64,000 bases of DNA. Origin: Tubulanus polymorphus. Taxonomy: Eukaryota; Animalia; Nemertea. Below the pieces are notes generated by a model. It was not told where the DNA came from, made no database searches, and was given only the letters and a program-made list of their open reading frames with translations. The translations under genes and the position numbers were made by a program. Positions within the stretch are counted from its first letter, which is position 1; every line of letters begins with the position of its first letter. The stretch is from NCBI RefSeq assembly GCF_964204645.1, contig NC_134036.1, positions 9,775,859-9,839,858 on the forward strand, given 5' to 3'. Of the stretch, positions 35,901-47,764 are shown piece after piece.

Positions 35901-37010
35901 TAATTTAATTAAATCAAATACATTTATCTTTAAATTATTATCTCATTCTATTTTGGGGATGTTTTTAATTCTAACAGGATACTTATCTATCTTATAATTA
36001 TTTTCAAATTGTTTATAATGAGTTAATCTATAAGTATGTTTATTATAATCTTCAACTGGATGTAAACAACTTATTATAGCCCATAGAAAACATTTATCAT
36101 CTTCATTTTGTATATTTATTACAGCATTAGTTTTAAATGGTAGTTTAATATAACTTGATGCTTCAATATCGGGTTCTTTATAATATGATAAATTATTTTC
36201 ATCAATTGGTTTTGATTTAGTTAACTTATTATATTTTGTGTTATAAACATGTAAAGTTATAAATATTATCTCATCAAATATTAAACCAGATCCTTCAAAA
36301 TATTTTTCTTCTATTTTAGTTTTTATTTCATTATAACATTTATTTAATTTATCATCTATATGTTGTTTAGATATAATATGTTGTGAATGAGAATTTATAT
36401 TATATATTGGTTTATCTTCAGATTTTATAAACTTTACTTTAACTGATATACTAATTTTAGGATATTCAACATCTGTAATTATTTTTATTATTTCTTTCAT
36501 ATTTTCTAAATGTTTTTTATTTTCTTCTAATGTTTTACCTTTATGAAATTTAAACTCGATAGCTGCTGGACCAATATCACTTTTAAATGCTTCGGTTATC
36601 TCTATATCTTTTTTATTATCTAATGAATTAATATAATTTCTTACATCTTCCATATATGGTCTTTTATTGTTTAATTTATTTTTTATTCTTTTAATTGTCT
36701 TCTGTTTCTTATCGTTATCATTATCAAAATAATCTTCACCTAAAATATCATTATTCTTATTTCTAATATGACTTATAGATTTTAAATGTTCTTTATAATA
36801 TCTTTTATCACTGAATGATTGATTACATGTATCACATTTATATGTTTCTTTTTCATTCTTTAATTCTTCTAATTTAGTTTCTAATATATCATCCTTATAT
36901 TCTAGTTTCAATTTATTCTCTAAATGTGTTATAGTTTTATTGTGTCTTGCTTTTTGAGATTTATCTATATCGATATTACATGTTGGGCAGTAGTATTTAT
37001 TTGCTTCCAT
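32978..37010 (-). pseudogene. Protein-primed family B DNA polymerase (~1343 aa reconstructed) with one in-frame TGA and one +1 frameshift
   Basis: Exonuclease motifs YGDFES, FHNLSGYD and YLKSDV. Polymerase motifs YIDANNLYGWAM, KLMNNAFYGK and YLDTDS. EndoVII-like CYYC..VRDHDH..AHENCN insert and N-terminal C2H2 fingers. TGA at 35943-35945; the A7 run at 35597-35603 shifts the frame. Confidence 0.95.
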
Positions 37011-37363
37011 TTTAATACTATATTTTTTATTAAAATTGATTTTAGAAGTTCAATGATTTAAATATTATTCATATATATATGAATAACATTTAAGAGTAAT
37101 AGGGATAATGGGCTTTCTGGCTAAAGGTTGAACGGGCGGGTGAGTAAAAATGAAAAAACATAAAAATAATAACAATTTCTACTTGAATTAGGAGTGAAAC
37201 TCATGAAAATGAAAAATAAATTCGAGCGTGTGAGAATTTATTTTTCATTTTTATGAGTTTTGCGAGTAATTCAAGTAGAAATTGTTATTATTTTTATGTT
37301 TTTTCATTTTTTACGAGCTCGACCGTTCGACCTTTGGCCTGAAAGCCCATTATCCCTATTACT
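36922..37363 (-). repeat. Right TIR (442 bp); includes the first ~30 codons of pPolB; last 269 bp palindromic
   Basis: Reverse complement of 19824-20265; hairpin at 37095-37363. Confidence 0.97.
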
Positions 37364-37576
37364 GTCTGGATCCCTGCCTTCCTACTGAGGTTGCCCTTTC
37401 AGGACAGAGAAAATGAAAATCTGTAAATTTGACACTCATTCTCAGAAATGCAGCTTTTCACATGCATTTCTTCGAATATATCTAAAACATAGGGTCGGAC
37501 CCTGATAGAGGCCTTTGACATAGCTGCTATATCTAAGAAATACCTTTTATTTCTTTCTGGACCCCAGCCTTCGATT

Positions 37577-38410
37577 TTTAGCCCACCTAAAACTTTATTC
37601 CCAGCGGGCTATTGCTTTCACTTTTTATCCATTGTCCGCAGATGGAATATTTTCGGAAATTCTGAAGACAAATGGATTGTCTAATATATGTATCTACCCT
37701 ACTAGATACATCATCAGCCCAAAAACTGGCTCAATCAGAATGAAGCCATTTTTTTCTCATTTTTACACATTTTTTTAAGTTTTCAAGAGAAATTTTGAAT
37801 TTCATTTATATTTGTATCCCCCAAGGCTCCATCAGCACATTGTAAGAAAAATTGAGTAAATCATAAACAAGATGGCCGTCCTGTGACCTTTTTTGTTATG
37901 AGGTCAATTTTGGTCTCAATTCTGAGACCTGTAGCTTCCTAATGATTTGCCATTTTTCAGTGACCTTTGGGAAGGGATCATATAGGAGGCATATCAAACT
38001 GATTTTACGATCAGTCAATATCACGCAATTGGCAGCCATCTTTGTGTCTTTTTTTAGTCCTCATTCGTAAATGGAGGAAGGATTTTGAGGAAAATATCAA
38101 CAGCTTTTAACTCCTAGTCTTGATATTTGATTATTTTCAGCACTACCATAGGATACAACTCCTCACATGGATGGAATTGGGAACACTCAATTTTTGTTCT
38201 TGCCATCAGGGGAGTTGAATATTGAATCATACGATTTGTCTATTTATATTGTTGGTACCTATGCATATTTTGTAATCGCAATGTATTGTTGTAGCTCATG
38301 ACATGTTCTATAATTCTTAGTTTTATAATTGTGGTGAGTTTCATGGTAATTGTTTTCAGTGTATGTTCACCAGGGGGCGTTGAATATTGAAATTGTCAGA
38401 TTGTTCAGCA
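37577..38410 (+). mobile_element. Degenerate HINE/DINE-like interspersed repeat (family with TTTTAGCCCAC...GGGCTA start)
   Basis: Shares blocks (CAGCCCAAAAACTGG, CAAGATGGCCG, GGGGGCGTTGAAT) with copies at ~16600-16860, 17440-17830, 40450-41097, 47765-48850, 56830-57020 and 60210-60330. Confidence 0.65.
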
Positions 38411-39343
38411 TTTCAAATGTTATATATTAAAGCTATAGATATACCGCCATTACTAAAAATTTCATGTAGCCAAGGGTTTGTCTAATGACAGTAAAAAAGT
38501 TCATCAATCCAATGGACATTCTAAGATTTGAACAAAATATTATGAATGATTATGAAATATATCATGTGATCTCAAAACCATAAAAAAAATGTGAAAGAAC
38601 GAATTTATGATTTGTTTTTCGAAATGAAGATTATAATAAGTGTTCGCATATTAACTGAATTGGCTTATACAACATTGGCTTATACTCATGGGATATGTGC
38701 TTATACTGTACATCAATTTCTATAAAGCAAATGTATACTAAAAATTTAGCCCATCTTAGTCCCTGCGGGCTAGTGTTGTCTACTTTTCGTCCATCTGTCT
38801 TTGGGTATGGTGTCCCTGGTGAACCCTTTCATTCGCATTTAACATATAGGCCTAGAACTTATTTTATTAATCTGAACTAACTTTGATATGGCCTAGATTT
38901 AGTCCGAACTTCTGATCTTTTCAATTCTCTGTGTGGCACATTTATTAAACCTGAATCGATAATAAACTTTGATCTAGTTGTTTTGTACTGATAGACTGAA
39001 ATCCCGTGATTCCTATTTACCTGGCTGTACTGCTGTTTTCATTTTTTCTTGTTACTATATTTGCTCAAAAAATGATTTTCATGTGTTATGTATTTTGTAA
39101 ATAACCTTGCACCTAAGTTACAATATAACATGCTTATTCGCAAATACCGGATATCAGTGTTGTGTATGATTGGTCATTGTACATTCTTCGTCTGTGAGAG
39201 CTGTGACGAATACTTGCTGGAGAGCTGGCTGACGACACTGATATTAAACACTGGTGGATAGTAAAACTTGAGGATTAGGCTCTGCTTCCCCATTCGCCTC
39301 CCCCTGGCTCTCCCTACCCCCTTCCTCTAAACCAAAAAAGGAT

Positions 39344-39863
39344 TAGGCCACACAAAGAAATACCCAAGTTTCTCAAGAAAGTCGTATGCCGCCCGCGTCA
39401 TAAGAAAAGTCCCCAATAAAAATTAAAAAGTCAAATGCGCTCGCCCCACCAGAAAAGCATCAATCGTCTCTGAAAATTAAAACCCGCTCGTCCGCATAAC
39501 TGTATAATGTGCAACAGTGGTTTTTTCTGCAGGCATTCATGCTCATCCTTCACAAACCGGTAATCCACATTAATTAACTGTAACAATAATAGCGGAAGGT
39601 TCGTTTCATTTTACTTCATTCCGAGGAAGCATGTAAATAGCGAAAATTATTGTCGCAGTTTCGATTAAAGGTCGCAGTTTGATTTTAAAGGTTAAGGGAG
39701 ATTCTTGATTCTGAATGAAGTTTTTGCATTTGTTCTACTTGCATTACTAGTTTTTGTTTGTGGCGTTGGTAAAAAACTTCATTTTTGAAAAACAATTCGC
39801 CCACCCTCGTCACTTGCCAGAAAGAACCTGATGAGAAACTAGGGTTTTTCATTTTGTGGCCTA
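39344..39863. mobile_element. MITE with ~32-bp imperfect TIRs (TAGGCCAC...GTTTCTCA)
   Basis: TAGGCCACACAAAGAAATACCCAAGTTTCTCA versus TGAGAAACTAGGGTTTTTCATTTTGTGGCCTA. A related lone end lies at ~40016-40050. Confidence 0.7.
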
Positions 39864-40449
39864 GTAGAACTCACTAGTAGAAATTTGTCATGCAAATTAA
39901 GTTACTTACTGAGAGGATTTACCAGGACGATAATTGAACAGAAATTCCTGAGCGCTACCAATAATAATATTTCCATTTTATTTTATTACCTGGATTCTTA
40001 GATTTGTATCCCTATTAGGCCACACATGAAAGAATGCTTGTTTCTCATCAGTTTCATTTTCCGCTCGCTGTGGCAGATGAGTATTTCGTTAACGAACCTG
40101 GTTCAAGGTCGGTAGCGCCAGAATTTCTTTAACACAGCTGAGATGATTGCTCGTAGGGTAGGCCGACAGCTACTTTCTAGAGCAACCGACCAGCTGCGAT
40201 GCGACGGAACTGTGTGCAGGAATTCCAGCCAATCGGAGTACAAATTGTGACCGCAGGTCATAGTAGAAGTGGATAGAGATAGTAGAGTGACACAGTGACA
40301 TAAACCAAAAGTCTAATCGAGAGCAAATCATGTTTTTACAACCAACCACCAATTTAACTTTCAGATTGCGAAACTCAAGAGACAAATCGTGGAATCGGCC
40401 CTTATTTTTTTCTTTCGAAATCCAATTTATCTTCCAATCTAAATACTGG

Positions 40450-41097
40450 TTTTTTAGCCCACACGGAATCCAATTATTTTGAGAAGTTTTGAAGACGCTT
40501 CAAGGTAATGTCTTGATATTTGGTTTATACATGTATCTACCCTAGACACACCTTCAGCCCAAAAACTGGCCCGGTCAGCACTTTTTACACGTTTTTGAAG
40601 TTTTCGAGGGAAATTTTGAAGAGACGCTTCGATCAATTATCTTGATCTTTCGTATATATTTGTATCCCCCAAGGGCCCATCAGCATGAGAAAAATTGGGT
40701 CGATCGGAATCAAGATGGCTGTCCTATGACCTTTTCAACTTTTTATGTTTATGGGCCCTGAGAGGATTCAAATATATACGAAAGATCAAGGTAATTGATC
40801 AAAGCGTCTTCAAAATTTCCCTCAAAAAGTTCAAAAACATATAAAAAGTGCTGATTCTGGCAAACAACAATGGCTGCCAGTCGGCCATCTTGATTCTGAC
40901 AGGGCCAGTTTTTGGGCTGAAGATGTGTCTGGGGTAGATACATGTGTAACTCAAATATCAAGAGATTACATTGAAGCGTCTTCAAAACTTCCCAAAATAA
41001 CTGGATTCCGTCTGTTCGGACGGACGAACAAACGGACGGATGGACGAAAAGTGAACGCAATAGCCCGCTGGGGCTAAAGTCCCAAGTGGGCTAAAAA
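40450..41097. mobile_element. Two convergent (inverted) partial copies of the HINE/DINE-like family
   Basis: 40453-40680 is largely the reverse complement of 40750-41010. A (GGAC)n core and the 5' hairpin TAGCCC..GGGCTA lie at 41020-41095. Confidence 0.75.
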
Positions 41098-41185
41098 AAC
41101 GCAACGAGAAGAAAATAAATTTCTTTCATACTTTTTTCCTATATATCTTTCTGTAAGAGAACATTTCATATATAAATTCTAATGA

Positions 41186-42886
41186 AAAAATAAATCAAAA
41201 CATGCAATATTGAGACTATTCTAAAATGTCTAAAATTCAATTTTGATCAGACAATAAAATTCTTGCATGATTGTTAAGTCAGAAAATTGCTAAATTACAT
41301 GTATAACAAAAATGATCAAATTATCGGTATACAGTATGCAGATTAAAAACCATTTGGCAGAAATTTACAACATTTCTCCATTAAAACATTTTTTTGTAAT
41401 ACATATACATATGAACTACATAACGGTATTAAAAAAATAAAATTGCAGGGATTCTCTGTAACACAAAAACACGCTCAATCTAGATAATTTAGGACCTAAC
41501 ATCGGGATCAAGCGGATTCCGGATTCAAAGTAACTTTACCGGTCCATAGATTTAAGTACCGTACCGTACAAGTTTAAGCCAAACTGGATTGAGACATTTC
41601 CATGATGGTCATTCATGATGATACATTATTAGTCCAAGAGTGGGCTTACTACCAATTATTTAAAGTTTTTGTGAATAGTGTTCAACTGTATAATAATAGA
41701 CAATAAATCTGAATATAAATTCTATTGAAACAAGAGATCCACGGATCTTTATATCTCGGGCGCAATAAGTCAAATGAAAAAATTGTGGGACCTAATCAGA
41801 TGTGGGACCAATGGAGCATATCTACTAGTTATTCAGTTTCTCTGTGAGTTCAGGCCTATGTCTAATAGTCTAGAGAACAATATCCGGAGCATCAAATGAT
41901 GAGTTCAAAATGAAACAATTCATGGAATATACACTACTCCTAGTCCTAGAATGATTGGCAGTTGCTTGGAAGGCAGCCAATTTCCTGGAAACTTAAAACT
42001 AGGCCACACGTCTGAGGCAATGTTTTCACACAATGCATACTGACTACAGTACAGGGAGATTGGCTAACTGCAGGGAGCATTTATTTTACATCAATTTAAC
42101 GATGTACAACAGCCTTCAAGACGTTTTATGAAACAAAATGCTCTTTGGAATTTTCTTAAAAATTGCCACAAATTTGTCGATTTCTCTTAAATGAACACGA
42201 TATTCAAAATTCCATTTCCAACAGATTTTAGCCGCATGATCAAGGTACACGTTGCACATAAGCCTAGTAGATTGCATGACTTTGGGTCAATGTTACAACC
42301 TCATTTGTTAGCAAAAATTCGATTTTTGGACCCTTTACAACATCTCGGGCTTCGCCCGAGATAAAAATAAATCAAAACATGCAACATTGAGACTATTCTA
42401 AAATGTCTAAAATTCAATTCGATCAGACAATAAAATTCTTGCATGATTGTTAAGTCAGAAAATTGCTAAATTACATGTATAACAAAAATGATCAAATTAT
42501 CGGTATACAGTATGCAGATTAAAAACCATTTGGCAGAAATTTACAACATTTCTCCATTAAAACATTTTTTCGTAATACATATACATATAAACTACATAAC
42601 GGTATTAAAAAAATAAAATTGAAGGGATTCTCTGTTACACAAAAACACACTCAATCTAGATAATTTAGGACCTAACATCGGGATCAAGCGGATTCCGGAT
42701 TCAAAGTAACTTCACCGGTCCATAGATTTAAGTACCGTACCGTACAAGTTTAAGCCAAACTGGATTGAGACATATGGCAGTTTCCATGATGGTCATTCAT
42801 GATGGTACATTATTAGTCCAAGTGTGGGCTTACTACCAATTATTTAAAGTTTTCGACTGTATAATAATAGACAATAAATCTGAATA
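41186..42886. repeat. ~530-bp direct duplication (41186-41715 and 42363-42886) flanking a HINE
   Basis: Both copies run AAAAATAAATCAAAACATGCAA...ACAATAAATCTGAATA at high identity with small indels. They lie just downstream of the TP53BP1 stop. Confidence 0.9.
41729..42365 (-). mobile_element. Helentron-associated non-autonomous element (HINE), intact copy
   Basis: Subterminal IR TATCTCGGGCG / CGCCCGAGATA, palindrome ATCTCGGGCTTCGCCCGAGAT at one end, stem-loop AGATCCACGGATCT plus AACAAG at the other. Sits in an A/T run with no short TSD. Confidence 0.8.
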
Positions 42887-42933
42887 GCGGGACAACACAC
42901 AATGAATAATCGGTTTGAGTTATTTCGATGCCA

Positions 42934-45900
42934 TCACTGTTGATTGTGATGTTCAAAGAAAGGATGATCGTACTGTAGCCGTTTTCCCTGTATTAAACAT
43001 TGGATGGCCCATTCGATGGACACCAAGGGAATGTCCTGTATTTCCGCCCACTGTGAAGTGCTGACTGGACAAGAAGCATCTGTCGCTATCACTTCCGGTA
43101 CAGCTTCACCTGTAAAAACGAAAACACAAAAAATATCTCAATTTCAGTAAAAAGATAGAAATAGAGTAGACTCCGCCTTACTTAGTAGCATTGGATTGTA
43201 TATATCACCAAGATGACTGCATACTGAGCCAAGAATCGAAGGTTTTGCGAAATAAATTTTAGTTAATTCACTGATATTACTGATTTGAGCAGTACTGTAT
43301 AAGGGGGAGTCTAAATTGGTTCCTGTTGGCCTTAAATCTTTTTTCAAAATTCAAAATAAACTTACCTTCAGCTGGAACGATGTTTTTCGGTAACATGGTA
43401 ATCACTTCACAGCCGGCTGTTATCAAAATTGCCGTCCACGCTTCTTTCAATTGTTTATCAGCGGATGCGAAAAACACAACCAATCCACTCAGCGGTCGGG
43501 CCTTACTGATCCTAAAACAATCATTCAAATAATTCAAATCAAATCTATCAAATGTTTACTGGCAATCATGATGATACTGTTCCTTATTTGTGGGCAGTTT
43601 CAACAAACTGCTTCATCCTCAGTGATGGGTGGTAAAATGTGAACAATGCCTGGCTATGTAATAGCTCTATTGCCAGCAATTAGAGATAATTTATTATATA
43701 GTAGCAACAAGGGAAGAATCATAGTCGTAAAAGTGTATCATCATAAGAATAGGTGATAAAACTAGGAATGAGGCAAATCCTTGAATGACCCCGGCCTGAA
43801 ATTCCCTGCCACATGTGAACGGGGTTGTGGTGAATGCGTTGGACTAAAGTTGAGCCAGGGTCATAAAAATTGCCTAGATTATTGAGTGTTGTATCTTATT
43901 CATCAGAAATTGAACATCATCAAGTCTGTTAAGGAGAGTAGAAATAGATACCATTCAATAACACATTCATCTTGATCAATTCCAGCCGGCAACAAGTAGT
44001 TCTTGTACGATAACAGTTGGTTCTACAAAACAGAAAATGCCAAGTTATTACCATAGAATCTATGACGATGACTAGCCTTGGACAATCAACTGTGGAAAAG
44101 TAATTTTCAGAATTGGTTAGGCATAACGGCACAAAATTTCATTTAAGGAATTCGTTAAGATTCCTACGAAGAATTCATTTGGGATTCCCTACTAACATCA
44201 TACCAATCAACTAGGTCATGTAGAATGTAAGCTGGTATGACGATAAAGGCAAAGTTTTCAAATTTTGTTTGCTACAACTATGTTAAAGTTTAATATCCCC
44301 GAACCACATAACTTTTCCATTATCTATATGACTAACATACACAACTTTACGATTGCTTTCGATTTTGGAAAATTTCAACAACCAAATGTTAATATTTTCG
44401 CGAATACTAATAAAAATAAACGGGTTGCTCAATATCTTTATTATCGCAAGTTAAACTTACCTTTTCACAGCAATCCAAAATCCACTGGTGTGAAACCGGT
44501 GGTATACTGCTGGCTAAACAGTGAAAATACTTTATAGTTCTTTGATATGAGTCCGATATCAATAAAACCTCCGTCGCGGCCGCTATCTAAAATGGTGAAA
44601 AAAGAAAACCCCTTTAACAGTTTCTTTTCATTGTGAGATTGAATGAGATTGAATGAGCCAAAAGACAGTGGCGAAAAGCCATAATAAAGATGGCTAAAAG
44701 ACATTTATATTCTTACCATTGCTGGGTCAACCTTTTCGAGTAAAATACCGCTTCCAGTCGTGATTAACTTTCGAATAAGATCTTTGTCGAATTCTTCCGT
44801 GCCTGCTAATCAACCAATATGCGGAACGATGGTCATTTTGAAACGCATGGTACAACATGGTACAACAATGAAGAGGTTTTTGTAAGATATATTTCCAGAC
44901 AGTAATTTCATGACTCATGACTAAGCAACAACAGGAGTTCCATGAGATAAGTGTACACATACTTAAAGCAAATAAATGCTTACAGCTGGATTTGAACTAT
45001 GGCATATATAGTTGATAACTACCTTTTTCAGATTTCCCGTGTGTCAGAACAAAGGCGTAACCCATGAACAACTGGCCGCTCTTTAGCGAATTATCTGTTG
45101 CCATTTCAGCAGTACTTGTCGAGGCTGCAAAATATTTCATGCCTGAAGATCTAGCATAGTCAAATTTCAAAGATGTTTGCTTGATTATGACGTCGGTTGT
45201 CACATCTTCATCTCGTTTTGATTTTTTCACAGACGGAGTACTAGTTGCAGTTGGCTGCTTTATTTTGCGTTTTCGAGTACTTGTATTAGCAGGTTTAGTA
45301 GTCGAGGTTGCGGTTGTATCAAAATAACCAGCTGGAAGAGTTTAACACATAATGAATAAAGAAATAGTTTTGGATGACCAATATCATAGATGGCTGGCTC
45401 AGCGGACGTGGATAAGACAGAGGATTAGATAGAATCTTTTCTAGGCAAGGCATTAAGGGTCCAGAAATAATGGCTGGAGTCAAAAATGGCATAACTATAC
45501 TAACTGATTGGTCAAGACTTTGAATTAAAACGTGGCTGAAACACAACTGATGCCGGCGAATCAAACTCTCAGGTCACAACTTTTAAACGGGACCGGGTTT
45601 CACTTACCGGTAGCATCACTAGTACCTGATTTCGCTGCCTGTTTTTGACGTTTAACGAGATTCAACCGGCCACCTCGTTTACCCCTTTTTAGCGCAACAC
45701 ACGATGTGGGCGTCGTTTCCGCTTTCATAGTCTCTGTTTGAGTTGTCTCTAACTGGGGAGGCGTTTTAGTAGGAAATGGTGGTGACTTCTGGGCACTAGT
45801 AGTGGCGGGTGATGGATTTCCCGATTCAGATATTTTTGATCTACGCACGCGCTTTCCTTCTACCAGATCATCTGAAAAGTCGGAAGTCACACGTTAATCA

Positions 45901-46873
45901 AAAGCCAGTTTCCTACACAGAGGCTTGAGACGAGTAATTATGCAAGTAGACGAGGCCTTGTACTGCATAAACCTTGTTTACAGTGGCTCAGTTGCAATTT
46001 TGGATTGTTCACATCATTTGATTATACTTTTGGCAAGCGCCTTGTAAGCATTTCAAGCAACTGCATTTTTAGCTATGACTACACTAGCATTTTGTACCCG
46101 GGTTATGCATCTCCAATACGCTCGAAACACGGGTTCAATGCAGAGTTTTCCGCAAAACCCGGGTTTTAGAAACCCTTCTTGAAAAGTGGAGTGATGGATT
46201 CTATTATCCAGGTCATATTATCTGTAGAGAGGCAAATGGAAAGTGAGTACGGTATTGAATTTTTGAGAGACATACTTTGGGTGACATTATATTTTACTCA
46301 ACATGTGCGGGTCCGCTTTTGCGTTCTACACACTTCAAATAACCTGCAAATTTCTTGAGAAATTGGGTAGCTATGGTGGGGTAGGTCCAGGGATGAAACC
46401 TATTGAAGATTACATTGCTCGCTCATCCAAAATGGCCACAGCGGACATATTGAATTTCTTGTTAGAGCTCTACACACATCAAATGAAATTTCTTTTAAAC
46501 TTGGTTTGTGTAATGGGGTAAACCCATCGATGAAAGCTTGAAAATTAGCTTTCTCGCTCTTCCCATAAGGCTGCCACGGCGAACTTCTTGAATTGATAAT
46601 CTAAGTATTTAATTTATCAAAATATCTAAAATCATATTTCCTCTGTACTACATTTATTTCTGAAAAACTAGAAGTATGAATAAAATGGAAAAGCAATACA
46701 CTAACAACTATTCAAAATATATCTATATGACAGAAAATAAGGTCATAATGGACTCAGATAATGTAAGCCCAAATAATGTACCTGAGTCAAGAACAACTGG
46801 CTCATCCGAGTTACTATCTGTAGCCGACTGCAAACATGATTTTCCTGGCAATGGAGCTTCTGGTATTTCTGGA
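42934..46873 (-). CDS. TP53BP1: TP53-binding protein 1 (53BP1), 3' part: UDR/NLS region and tandem BRCT domains, 8 exons
   Basis: Phase-consistent GT-AG exons 46873-46782, 45871-45608, 45331-45023, 44802-44717, 44586-44461, 44022-43952, 43511-43366 and 43109-42934. They give DDLVEGKRVRRS, LFMGYAFVLT, RTIKYFHCLASSIPPVSHQWILDC, NQLLSYKNYLLPAG and IATDASCP..PLVSIEWAIQCLIQG, which match 53BP1 signature segments as I recall them. The first exon is the least certain. Confidence 0.9.
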
Positions 46874-47224
46874 CTATGAAATGAAAATGAAACAACATGA
46901 GAATATGAAAAATGTCACCGCGAATTCAAAATTCAGATACTATAGTTGTAAACAGTAGGAAGAATATCAAACATGACTTCTTCATAACAATGTATGCAAT
47001 GAACAGCGAAGAAATGCTAAAAACGTGTCTTTCTTTCAATGCGCTTTCCTGCTGTGTATACTGGACTAAAGGTGGTAGTTGTTAAAACTCTAAAGGTGGT
47101 AGTTGTTAAAACACTAATGCTATTAAAATGTCAATGTTCCCCTTGTCACGAAAAAAAACCCTCATTAAAAACGAGACAAGCTTCGCGGAGTCGATTGAAT
47201 TTCAGCAATAGAGAATTTCAGGAT

Positions 47225-47760
47225 ATGTCAGATGCGCGCTTGAATAACACGGCGGACTGTCCAACTTTTGGGAGCGGGCACTGGCGGATGAACGCGTTTG
47301 TTTTACCACCGTTTATTTTCGTAGAAATCATTTTGAACTTGCTGGTTATTTTGATTTTCGTGCGTTTGAAATACAACCATCGATCGGCATTTCTACTGAC
47401 TGTGTTAGCCGTTATCGATAATTTGTTCTTAGTCGCACAATTCATCCTCGAATTATTTCGTTATTTTTTGCTGTTCACGAAAGTCGGCAACGACGCCATG
47501 GCGCGTTATTGGCCATGGAACGTCAACTCGAAAATTTACATTGGCTCAGTCATATTCTACAAAGCGTCTCTGCTGTTAAGAAACTGGTTTACCGTTTTGA
47601 TACAAGTCGAGCGCCTTATAACAATTTTAATGCAGCTTAAAGCAGGGATAATAATCACAACGTCAAGTCAAAAGCTATATTTCTGACTGCATCTTTATCT
47701 GTATGTTTTGGCATGTACTACCCTGCCACGCTCACCACAACGTACAAACATGGAAACATC
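47225..47760 (+). pseudogene. Rhodopsin-family peptide GPCR fragment (FMRFamide-receptor-like), TM1-TM4 only
   Basis: TM1 ..IILNLLVILIF, TM2 LAVIDNLFL, TM3 NWFTVLIQVERLITI..LKA. Frameshift near 47670, TM4-like sequence in another frame, then cut off by the satellite at ~47765. Confidence 0.8.
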
Positions 47761-47764
47761 GATT

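Larger units (their letters stand above)
19824..37363. mobile_element. Full-length Polinton/Maverick-type endogenous dsDNA virus (polintovirus/adintovirus-like), 17,540 bp
   Basis: 6-bp TSD GTCTGG at 19818-19823 and 37364-37369; AG...CT termini; 442-bp TIRs; pPolB, rve integrase, packaging ATPase and capsid genes. Intronless, gene-dense and much more AT-rich than the flanks. Confidence 0.97.

Noticed and set aside
35943-35945. TGA in pPolB as selenocysteine, readthrough, or a deliberate split into terminal protein and polymerase genes
   Set aside because: There is no TAAATG-type restart downstream and a second lesion lies 340 bp away; simple decay or sequence error is more parsimonious.
19824-37363. 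AT-rich island as contaminating or mis-assembled free viral/bacterial DNA
   Set aside because: A perfect 6-bp TSD, AG/CT termini, an encoded integrase and host-type repeats on both flanks indicate true integration.
47039-47224. N-terminal extension of the GPCR ORF
   Set aside because: It includes a 24-bp tandem duplication and no receptor-like features; ATG 47225 is the more plausible start.
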